Shown here: piece by piece, positions 9,154-17,282 of the stretch
How the letters are laid out: every line of letters begins with the position of its first letter
Numbering within the stretch: the first letter of the stretch is position 1
Source: Armatimonadota bacterium
GTDB lineage: Bacteria > Armatimonadota > UBA5829
DNA: 26,442 nt
Assembly (NCBI GenBank): GCA_026415535.1
Contig: JAOAGX010000002.1
Location: forward strand, 1 to 26,442
Direction of reading: 5' to 3'
Made by a program: the position numbers and the translations under genes
The notes under the pieces: model-generated
Told to the model about the DNA's origin: nothing
What the model saw: only the letters and a program-made list of their open reading frames with translations
The model's database searches: none

Positions 9154-10780
9154 ATGAGAAGTATGAGCTTAACAACGGCAGCCTATAGCAAGGCGAAGAG
9201 ACTGTTGATCGAGGGCGTTATTGACAATCCCTTAGTTGCCCAGGAACTGCGCACTCGAATGCGAGACTGGAAAGCGTTTGGGGCAATGGGTGCCTACGTG
9301 CTTTTGGTGGCGGGCATTCAGTTTGTTGCCTACGTAGCCATTTCGAACAGCTGTTGTGTGTCTTTGCCCTTGACGCTTTTGACTGGGGGGCGAAAGCTCG
9401 GTATGGAGATATTCTTGCATCTGGTCTGGACTCAAGCCATACTGCTAATGCTCATCATTCCCTCGATCACCTTCAGCTCGCTCGCGCAAGAAATCGAGCG
9501 CGAAACAATGGAAATGCTTGCGCTCACACGCCTCACCTCCAGCAAGATAGTGGTCGGCAAGCAGTTGGCGGGGTTGCTGTACGCTCTTGTTCTGCTCATC
9601 TCCACGGTATCGCTTGCAAGCATGTGTTTGATGCTTGGAGGTATATCACCCGCCGAGATCGGCGTGTGGTATTTGGTATTGGTTGCGTGGTGTTTTCTTT
9701 TGACATGCGTTGTGGCGTTTTCTGGTCCTCTCTTTTTGCAAAAACGGTCGCCTCGGCCCTTTTTACGTACGGGACGTCGATATTGTACTTCATCGTGACG
9801 ATACCATTTGGCTGCTTGGCGGAGGGGCTCATTTTCGGAGGGCAATCGCAGCAGCACGTTCTTGGCGCGCTAAACCCTGGTTTGGCCGCTTACACAGCGA
9901 TGCAAGTTGTTGATGTTTGCGGTGTCACGTTTCCGCTCTGGCTTGTGGCAGTCGGGCTGCACTTCGCGGTCGGTGCACTTCTACTACTTGTTGCTTCGAC
10001 TCACGTTAGATACAAGCGAGCTGAGAGGGCTTTGCCGATCCGAATAATTCTGATCTTGGTTACCGCCTCGCTTGTCTGGCTCCTCGTGGGCAACCTGTCT
10101 GGTATGGGAAGTGTGCCGGCTAAAAGCGAAGATACTATGGACTTGATAAATGTAGTTTACAGTACCATTTCGGGTTTTGTTGCTTTACTCACCTGTGCGT
10201 TTGCGACGGGCCCGGTTAGGCAACGCTCTATGTGTATCCCTTCAGTGCGAAAGATGTTTAAGAGTGATCTAGCTGGCGCTGTGCCGTTGTTGGTCTTATG
10301 GACCGCTCTTTCCTGGGCGGCTTTTATCGGAACGCTTGCTTGGCTGATGAACTCGCAGGCGAATGGACTGCCGAAGGCGGCCTGGAAATCCTTGTTTGAG
10401 GTGGGGATTTCTCTTGTGGCCATAGCTTCTGGTTTTTCGGCTTTGGGTGTGTTGGCTTCCTGCTGTGTGAAGCAGCGCAAGAACGCAGTAGGAATTGTTC
10501 TTGGGGTCCTGACGATCGCTTTTGCGGGCTATTTGATAGTGTTTTCCTACTATCCCCCCGGGTTCTGACAAATGCGGCTTGGTCTGGCAACTCGCCGCGT
10601 TCTGGCCTATGACTCCCAATGTTGGCGTCAACCGGGAGTTGGAAGGACATGCCAAACCTGTGGTGGTCGCCAAGTCATTCCTGGATTGTAACCACCTTAG
10701 TCTATCTTACTTTCGCGATTTTATGCATTCTCCTTTCTCCCAGGGCGCAGGCGTGCTATGGCGGAGTCGTAGAAGACTAG
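9154..10780 (+). pseudogene. ABC-2-type permease split by about three frameshifts
   Basis: NPLVAQELRTRMR and EIERETMEMLALTRL motifs in 9154-9710. The frame changes near 9710 (apparent TG duplication, giving GVFWSSLF), in the C6 run at 10554-10559 (giving LVWQLAAFWPM) and near 10635 (giving final TM SWIVTTLVYLTFAILCILLS, stop TAG 10778-10780). Confidence 0.8.
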
Positions 10781-11237
10781 TTCATAGGAGTTATGTCGAA
10801 AACAAAACTGCGAAAGCGCACCGCGTAGTCGTTTGATATTTTCGAGCTATACTGGAAAAAAACATATCCAATCCAAATCTACTCCAAGCTTCAGAGTTGC
10901 CACTTGGGAACCTCTACATCAGCAACCCCAAACCAAGCGTTGAACGTCCCTATGAACTCCTCCTTCAGATAAGCATTTGCGCTCTTGATATCCGCTATCA
11001 TCTCAGACTTGTCGGCAAAGTGCGTGTTGTTGAACGTCGAACCTGAGTACGTAGTATTGAGTCTTTCTCCTTCTTACTGATACTAATAACCCTTCTTTAT
11101 AGGGACATTTTCCCTTTGCAGTTAGAGGTGACATAATTGCCTTGCAAATACAAATGCTCAAAGCTGAGCTTTCCGGTCCCAGTGTGGTTCCTGTATAATT
11201 GAAGCAAGAGTTCGAGTGTCGAAGGAGACTTTGCCGC

Positions 11238-12155
11238 GTGTCCTACGATGTCATCATTCTCGGTGGGGGCCCGGCGGGGCTGACCGCCGGTATCTATGCT
11301 TCTAGAGCCAGGCTATCTACTCTACTCGTTGAAAAGGCTTTTCCCGGCGGACAGCTTACTATGTGCGAGAATGTTGAGAACTTTCCTGGGTACCTAGGCG
11401 GGCCTGGAATGAAGCTTGCCGAGACGATGCGAGAACAGGCCGAACGATTCGGCATGGAATCCAGAATTGCTGAAGTAGAAAGGGTTGACCTTCTTGGGGT
11501 GGAGAAGGTTCTTTACACTGCTGACAAGGAAGAAATCCGCGGCAAAACCGTGATCCTCTCGCTGGGAGCAAAGCCCAAGCGGCTTGGGGTGCCGGGCGAA
11601 AGGGAGTTCATAGGTCGCGGCGTTTCCTATTGCGCCGTATGCGACGGTGCGTTCTTTAAGGACAAACGTCTGGCAGTTGTCGGAGGTGGCGACACGGCGG
11701 TCGAGGATTCAGTTTTTCTGACGCGATATGCTTCCAGCGTGCACATCGTCCACCGCCGAGACAAGTTCCGCGCTCAGCGTATAATACAGGAGAGGGCACT
11801 TGCAAACCCAGTCATTACAGTTTGCTGGAACAGTGTGGTCCGCGAGATCGGCGGAACCGACAAGGTGGAGCACGTTATCTTGGAGGATGTGTTCACTCGC
11901 GACCAAACTCTGCTATCGGTTGACGGGGTTTTCATACTTATCGGTGCCGAGCCCAACACTAAGATGGTGGATGGCCAGGTCAAACTCGACGAGATGGGCT
12001 ACATCTTGACTGACGAGCATATGCGCACAAACGTCCCCGGCGTTTTTGCCGCTGGTGACGTGAGGCACAAGCCATTAAGACAGATAATCACTGCGTGTGC
12101 CGATGGTGCAGTCGCCGCCGCTGCGGCTGAGAAATATATCGAGGGGTCGCTTTAG
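11238..12155 (+). CDS. trxB: Thioredoxin-disulfide reductase
   Basis: DVIILGGGPAGLTA, active site YCAVCDG, VVGGGDTAVEDS, HRRDKFRA, FAAGDVR. GTG 11238 follows the SD GAAGGAG and is preferred over the ORF-track start 11199. Confidence 0.95.
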   Translation: MSYDVIILGGGPAGLTAGIYASRARLSTLLVEKAFPGGQLTMCENVENFPGYLGGPGMKLAETMREQAERFGMESRIAEVERVDLLGVEKVLYTADKEEIRGKTVILSLGAKPKRLGVPGEREFIGRGVSYCAVCDGAFFKDKRLAVVGGGDTAVEDSVFLTRYASSVHIVHRRDKFRAQRIIQERALANPVITVCWNSVVREIGGTDKVEHVILEDVFTRDQTLLSVDGVFILIGAEPNTKMVDGQVKLDEMGYILTDEHMRTNVPGVFAAGDVRHKPLRQIITACADGAVAAAAAEKYIEGSL

Positions 12156-12300
12156 GTCTTGCTCAGTGTCGAGAGTTGTAAGATCGGGACCTAATTCTTT
12201 TCACTAGCGTTGACTTGTTCCATAAGTTGCGTCTCCGGCAAGTGTTTGGTTACTCTAGCAGACACGGATTCTTTGCTGATATCAAAATAATAATGCACCA

Positions 12301-12417
12301 GTCAGGTCATGATTAATCAAGTTGCCATTAGTCGGGTTGCTGTTAATCAGGTTGCCATTAGTCAGGTTGCCATAAATCAAGTCGTCATTCTGAGCGCAGC
12401 GAAGAATCTCCCGACGA
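12301..12417. repeat. Five 15-bp tandem units followed by a CGTC-tagged REP half
   Basis: GTCAGGTCATGATTA / ATCAAGTTGCCATTA / GTCGGGTTGCTGTTA / ATCAGGTTGCCATTA / GTCAGGTTGCCATAA, then CGTCATTCTGAGCGCAGCGAAGAATCTCCCGACGA at 12383-12417, which matches 15600-15634 at 34 of 35 positions. Confidence 0.9.
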
Positions 12418-12470
12418 AACTAAGTGTTTTTCCGGCGATCTTCCTACTTGATTAAGGAGCATGGAATCGT

Positions 12471-12489
12471 CGTAAACGCTTGGTTTACG
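12471..12489. promoter_or_regulatory. Possible operator palindrome upstream of the URO-D-like/AKR pair
   Basis: CGTAAAC-N5-GTTTACG, about 50 bp before the GTG at 12540. Confidence 0.35.
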
Positions 12490-12539
12490 TTCAATTTAGG
12501 TTGCTTTGGATGTTAGGTTAATTACCAGGAGTCGAATCA

Positions 12540-13649
12540 GTGATCAAATCAGGTTGGGAGCAGTCGAAAAAGCGCTTTGAAGCATGGTGGCATGGTGAAT
12601 GTGTTGATCGCGTGCTTTTGCAGGTGACTGCTCCGAAAGCACCCGATCATTCTCCCGTTTTGCAAGAAAGCGGCAACGCCAAACCAGTTGTCGAATCTGC
12701 CGCGACGCCAGAGGATCTGTTCCTCGATGCCGATCTTCGTATTGCGATGTTCGAGAGTCATATGGCTCGGACATATTACGGCGGTGATGCTTTTCCATAT
12801 TTAGACACGCACATCGGACCTGGCACGATGTCACTTTACCTTGGCTCAATCCCAACCTTCGCGCCCGATACGGTCTGGTATAACCCTTGCATTGACGATA
12901 TTACCACCGCCGACGTACCGAAGTTCGATGAAAACAACCGTTTCTGGCAGGCAACGCTCGAACTGATGAAGAAAGGCAATGATCGACTTAGTGGTATTGC
13001 ACTCGTGAGCTTTCCCGATCTCATCGAGGGGCTCGACACGATTGCCAGCCTTGTTGGTAGTGACGAGCTGCTGATTTACCTTGTTGATGCGCCGGAACAT
13101 GTTCACAGATTTCAAGATGCACTGGTTGACCGTTACTTTGATTACTATGACCGCATTTACGAGATTATCAAGGACGAGGATGGCGGAAGCTGTTTCTCGG
13201 CTTTTTCAACTTGGGGGCCAGGAAGGGTTGCCAAGGTACAATGCGACTTCTCGGCTATGATCTCTCCAAAAATGTTTGAGGAGTTTGTAGTTCCTTATCT
13301 GGCTAGGCAATGCGCGCGACTTGATTATTCGGTGTTCCATCTCGATGGACCGTGCTGTTTGCAACATCTCGATCTACTGTGTTCGATCAAGGAGCTCGAC
13401 GCAATTCAGTGGACGCCGGGAGCTGGACAGCCTTCCGCTTGTGATGAAAAGTATATCCCGCTATACCGACAGATCCGCCAAGCTGGCAAAAGCTGTATGA
13501 TTCGCGGCGGCAGCCCTGACCAGGCACGCAAGATTGTCGAGGAGCTTGGGCCGGAGGGTTTGGACATTGCTATTCAAGTTGCGTCGCCGGAGGAAGCTGA
13601 TGAGCTTGTGAAACAGTCGTTTAGATGGGGTTGCAAACAGCCAGGATAA
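12540..13649 (+). CDS. URO-D/MetE-like fold protein (family commonly labelled trimethylamine corrinoid protein 2-like), function unknown
   Basis: W...KKRFEAWW.GE..DR, QCDFSAMISP.MFEEFV.P, FHLDGP..L.HLD.L..I..L.AIQWTPGAGQP. SD AGGAG upstream of the GTG. Confidence 0.75.
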   Translation: MIKSGWEQSKKRFEAWWHGECVDRVLLQVTAPKAPDHSPVLQESGNAKPVVESAATPEDLFLDADLRIAMFESHMARTYYGGDAFPYLDTHIGPGTMSLYLGSIPTFAPDTVWYNPCIDDITTADVPKFDENNRFWQATLELMKKGNDRLSGIALVSFPDLIEGLDTIASLVGSDELLIYLVDAPEHVHRFQDALVDRYFDYYDRIYEIIKDEDGGSCFSAFSTWGPGRVAKVQCDFSAMISPKMFEEFVVPYLARQCARLDYSVFHLDGPCCLQHLDLLCSIKELDAIQWTPGAGQPSACDEKYIPLYRQIRQAGKSCMIRGGSPDQARKIVEELGPEGLDIAIQVASPEEADELVKQSFRWGCKQPG

Positions 13650-13665
13650 GCAAACGGAGGTTGCT

Positions 13666-14637
13666 ATGCAATACACTCGACTTGGACGCACAGGCCTGAA
13701 GGTGAGCAGACTTTGCTTGGGCACGATGAACTTTGGTCCGCACACTACGGAGCGAGACAGCTTCGCGATTATGGATCGAGCTCTTGAGCACGGTATTAAC
13801 TTTTTCGATACGGCCGACGTCTATGGTTGGAAAGTCGGCGAAGGTCTTACTGAGCAGATAATCGGCAAGTGGTTCTCCCAGGGTGGTGGTCGGAGGGAGA
13901 AGACGGTCATCGCGACAAAAGTCTACGGCAGGATGGGTAACTGGCCGAACGAGCGGGGGCTGTCGGCGCTTCATATTAGGCGTGCATGTGAAGGGAGTCT
14001 CAAACGGCTTCGAACAGATTATATAGATCTCTACCAGATGCCCCACATCGACCGCGACGTGCCATGGGAAGAAATCTGGCAAGCAATGGAGCAACTCGTT
14101 AGCCAGGGTAAGGTGCTTTACGTGGGCAGCTCGAACTTTGCCGGCTGGCACATTGCACAAGCCAACGAGGCTGCCAAACAGCGCAACTTTATGGGGCTTG
14201 TCTCGGAGCAGTGCAAGTATAGCCTTGCGGAGCGAACGGTGGAGTTGGAGGTGTTGCCGGCTTGCGAAAGTTACGGACTTGGGGTGATCCCTTGGAGTCC
14301 GCTTGCAAGCGGTATGTTAGGCGGTGCCCTTCAGAGGGCCTCGGAGGGGCGAAGAGCAGAGGGTGGTGTGAGAGAGATGATCGAAAAGAATCGTTCCAAG
14401 ATCGAGCGATACGAGGCCTTGTGTGAGGAAATTGGTGAGAAGCCAGCGAACGTGGCGCTTGCGTGGCTCCTTGCAAACCCCGTAGTCACCGCGCCTATCA
14501 TTGGTCCGAGGACCTTGGAGCAGCTTGACGGCTGTCTGCGATCCTTGGAGATAACATTGTCACCCGAAACCATGACAAGGCTCGATGAAATATGGCCCGG
14601 GCCGGGCGGCCCGGGTCCTGAGGCTTGGGCATGGTAA
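13666..14637 (+). CDS. Aldo/keto reductase family protein
   Basis: LGRTGLKVSRLCLGTMNFG, FFDTADVY, ATKV, VGSSNF, PWSPLASG, PIIGPRTLEQL. SD GGAGG upstream. Confidence 0.95.
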   Translation: MQYTRLGRTGLKVSRLCLGTMNFGPHTTERDSFAIMDRALEHGINFFDTADVYGWKVGEGLTEQIIGKWFSQGGGRREKTVIATKVYGRMGNWPNERGLSALHIRRACEGSLKRLRTDYIDLYQMPHIDRDVPWEEIWQAMEQLVSQGKVLYVGSSNFAGWHIAQANEAAKQRNFMGLVSEQCKYSLAERTVELEVLPACESYGLGVIPWSPLASGMLGGALQRASEGRRAEGGVREMIEKNRSKIERYEALCEEIGEKPANVALAWLLANPVVTAPIIGPRTLEQLDGCLRSLEITLSPETMTRLDEIWPGPGGPGPEAWAW

Positions 14638-14718
14638 GGAGGGAGTATTAAAAGAGCGGCCGATCGCGAAACTTGCCCATCGGCCAATGTCGTATCAACC
14701 TACAAACCTTTAAAAAAG

Positions 14719-14854
14719 AATCGGTGAGTCGGGTGTCGCCGTTAGGGGTTGTCGTGCTAGGGTAGGGCCTGTCTGGATACCTAACCGGGGCGGGAGCTTT
14801 ATATTCGAACCTACCTGGGCGATAGGGGTTGGCGACGGCCCCGGCTCACCGATT
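14719..14854 (+). ncRNA. Candidate rod-shaped structured RNA, possibly 6S (ssrS)-like
   Basis: 15-bp terminal stem AATCGGTGAGTCGGG/CCCGGCTCACCGATT, with further nested stems GTCGCC/GGCGAC, TTGTCGT/GCGATAG, GGTAGG/CCTACC and CCTGTC/GGCGGG. Imperfect pairs are G-U on the + strand. Shorter than a typical 6S RNA. Confidence 0.4.
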
Positions 14855-14876
14855 GCTTGATGACTGTTGTTCAAAG

Positions 14877-15119
14877 TTAGGAAGCGGCTCGCGCGGCCAG
14901 CACTGCCTGCACTCTGTTCGAAACGCCTAGCTTGCGATAGATCGAATAAAGATGGTAGTCGACGGTTCGCTTGCTGCAGAACAGCGAACGGGCCGTATCG
15001 CGCGATGACAGCCCCGCGGCAATCATGTCCAGGACTTCTCTCTCGCGAGGACTGAGCTTCCTCAGCCGGGCAACAATGTTGTCTTCCCTAGGCAATCCTG
15101 GCAGCGTCATCGTCTCCAT
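14877..15119 (-). CDS. Stand-alone LuxR/GerE-type helix-turn-helix regulator
   Basis: KLSPREREVLDMIAAGLSSRDTARSLFCSKRTVDYHLYSIYRKLGVSNRVQA. ATG 15119 follows a purine-rich SD (GAGGAGG...GGAG), so the 142-aa ORF-track start is probably too long. Confidence 0.9.
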   Translation of the reverse strand: METMTLPGLPREDNIVARLRKLSPREREVLDMIAAGLSSRDTARSLFCSKRTVDYHLYSIYRKLGVSNRVQAVLAARAAS

Positions 15120-15451
15120 CGCTTCTTTCTCCTTTTCCTCCTCATACTTGGGCGGCATTTGTGACCCGGGAGCCGGCATGTGCGCTCTCTTGTTGATCTC
15201 TCCGGCCACTACGGTCAGCCGGCTCCCGGACCTATCTAAACTCCGCTGGTCGGCGGAGGCGTTAACCTTGGCAGCCGCACCGCGTTGCTTTGTTTGGTTG
15301 TTCACCCGCGAAATAGTCTACAGGCGACTTCTTACATTAGGTTTGCGAAGGCACTATTCGTTTGCTAATTATCTCTTACCGGTGAATAGGATCCCTGTAG
15401 CCTTGAGGAAAGCTAACGGGCTTTGCATGCCTGTTCAGAGCTCGCAGGAGC

Positions 15452-15815
15452 AGATCCTTTGCTTTGGCTCAGAGTCCCGTCATTCTAGTCAAGAAGTTCG
15501 CCATTCTGACCCATAGCCCGTCGTTCTAACCCATGGTCCGTCATTCTGACCCATAGCCCGTCGTTCTAGCCCATGGTCCGTCATTCTGACCCATAGGTCC
15601 GTCATTCTGAGCGTAGCGAAGAATCTCCCGACGACCAGCACTTAGAGATCCTTCGCTTCGCTCAGGACGACTTGTCTACGTGTCTGTTTATGCTCCAGGA
15701 GTACGCCATTCTGGCCCAGTAGCTTGTTCATTCTGTTCCAGTAGCTCATTCGTTCTGACCCATTGCCCGTTATTCTGACCCATAGGCCAGTCATTCTGAG
15801 TGTAGCGAAGAATCT
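15452..15815. repeat. CGTC-tagged REP cluster with 20/21-bp tandem arrays
   Basis: Units starting CGTCATTC-like at 15478, 15499, 15519, 15539, 15559 and 15579 lead into the REP pair at 15600-15627 and 15645-15671. A second array from 15704 leads into a REP half at 15790-15815. A degenerate inverted half lies at 15452-15475. Confidence 0.9.
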
Positions 15816-15853
15816 GAGTCTGCAAAACTGCTTAATATTTTTTAATTTGGGGC

Positions 15854-15915
15854 TTGACAATCGAATTGTAACGTGCTACGATTCAGCAAAACGTAGTACT
15901 ACAGAGTAGTACCAC
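15854..15915 (+). promoter_or_regulatory. Sigma70-type promoter overlapped by palindromic operator-like sites
   Basis: TTGACA (15854-15859), 17 bp, TACGAT (15877-15882). GTGCTAC-N13-GTAGTAC (15873-15899) covers the -10 and start site. GTACTAC-AGA-GTAGTAC at 15896-15912. Confidence 0.75.
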
Positions 15916-15932
15916 CGAGAGGAGAGGTAGTG

Positions 15933-17282
15933 ATGAGCAAGCTGGTAAAGGTTTTGGCAATACTCGTCGCGTGTATAATCGCGGCGGGAACGTGTGAAGG
16001 TCTGGATAATATATGGGATTTGGAGGCGGTTGATCAGTACGGTATCGGCACGCATCCGAAGGTCAACGCTTCAACAAACGATCCAAACAATCGTGTTATT
16101 GTCGAAGGTATCGCGCTTGCTGGGTCGAGCGAGATTTTGAACCCTGGTCCACCTGCTGGCATGGGTATTGCGTACACTCTGTTTATACAAGACGACACAT
16201 CCTACCGTGGCGGGATTCAAGCTTGGGCCGGTTCGTGGTTTTATGGAGATCCGTTGTGGACTAGTCTCCGAAACACCGACTACATCAATGTCAATGCTGG
16301 GGACAGGGTGAGGATCACAGGATTCCTCGCCGACGCGGGACGAGGTAAGGTCGTAATCAATCACCGTCACTCGAACAACCCAGTTTTGGTTTTTACAGTC
16401 GAAGTGCTTGGCCATCCGGGGCTGCCCGATCCGGTTTTTATACCATCTGTTTCGGCCTGCAACTACTTTGATCAGACGCGTGCTGGCGGCGGAGAGTTCT
16501 ATCAGACGCGTTATGCGATGTTGCACGGGCTTAATATTGTAAGCGGAAACTGGGCTAACAATTCACTTCTAACCGTTGCTGACAGTACTGGCTCGGTCGG
16601 TATGCTTTTATCTTTGATGGGTGACTTTAACGGCAAACAGCCGCCTCAGGGCAAACTGAACGTGGTTGGTATTTTCGATCAAGAGGATACAACCCTTCCG
16701 CATACTGAAGGCTACAGGTTGTGGGTCAAGAGGCAATCGGACGTGGCGCTGGCGTTGGATGCTTGTCGCCAGGTTAGGTCGCGCAGTAATGGAGAGCGGG
16801 TAGGGTTGGCCAACAAAGTCGTGTCTCGCGCGTATCCCGGCTACTTCTATATACAGGACGCCGGGCGAACGGGCGGGGTGCGAGTAGTTAGCAATCGCTC
16901 GGTTGTCCCTGGTAATGTGGTTTGCGTGCAGGGAAGTGTAACAAGTATCACGAATGAGAAAGTGGTGACGCCTACATATTTGATTGTCAACAGCGGTAGT
17001 GCTCCTAAACCGATCGGAGTAACAAGCCGCGAGCTATGGCGCATGACCGGTCTGGATGTGCGCGGCCTGCTAGTTAGGTGCGTGTGCAAGATTGGTGTTG
17101 ATCAAGGTGGTGGGGTATATTCCCTGACCGATGATGCCGGAAAGACGATTTACGTGCAGACGAACGGGGTTACTCTGCCCAGCACGGGAACCAGAGTTGC
17201 TATTGATGCTGTGGTGAGTGAATTGAATGGAACACCGATGCTGCTTCTTGCATCGGGGGATGACGTGCATACGCTGGAATGA
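15933..17282 (+). CDS. Secreted protein with about four OB-fold-like repeats, function unknown
   Basis: Signal peptide MSKLVKVLAILVACIIAAGTCEG. OB-like segments V.VEGI...LFIQDD...GG...GDRVRITG, TVADSTG...LNVVGIFDQ...GYRL, YFYIQD...GGVRV...PGNVV.V.G and GLLVR...LTDD. SD AGGAGAGG upstream. Confidence 0.8.
   Translation: MSKLVKVLAILVACIIAAGTCEGLDNIWDLEAVDQYGIGTHPKVNASTNDPNNRVIVEGIALAGSSEILNPGPPAGMGIAYTLFIQDDTSYRGGIQAWAGSWFYGDPLWTSLRNTDYINVNAGDRVRITGFLADAGRGKVVINHRHSNNPVLVFTVEVLGHPGLPDPVFIPSVSACNYFDQTRAGGGEFYQTRYAMLHGLNIVSGNWANNSLLTVADSTGSVGMLLSLMGDFNGKQPPQGKLNVVGIFDQEDTTLPHTEGYRLWVKRQSDVALALDACRQVRSRSNGERVGLANKVVSRAYPGYFYIQDAGRTGGVRVVSNRSVVPGNVVCVQGSVTSITNEKVVTPTYLIVNSGSAPKPIGVTSRELWRMTGLDVRGLLVRCVCKIGVDQGGGVYSLTDDAGKTIYVQTNGVTLPSTGTRVAIDAVVSELNGTPMLLLASGDDVHTLE

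Noticed and set aside
14719-14854. SRP (4.5S) RNA or tRNA
   Set aside because: No CAGG...GNRA...GGAAGCAG domain IV motif and no cloverleaf on either strand.
14971-15516. 181-aa plus-strand ORF, and similar shadow ORFs such as 13621-14160, 17654-18232 and 21335-21919
   Set aside because: They lie antisense to or overlap well-supported genes and have no recognisable motifs or SD.
15642-15860. 72-aa minus-strand ORF containing LRFFATLRMT
   Set aside because: It is the conceptual translation of the REP repeat and tandem array, a typical spurious ORF.
15883-15932. Cobalamin or other riboswitch upstream of the ECF operon
   Set aside because: Only about 45 nt lie between the predicted start site and the start codon, and no riboswitch consensus is present.
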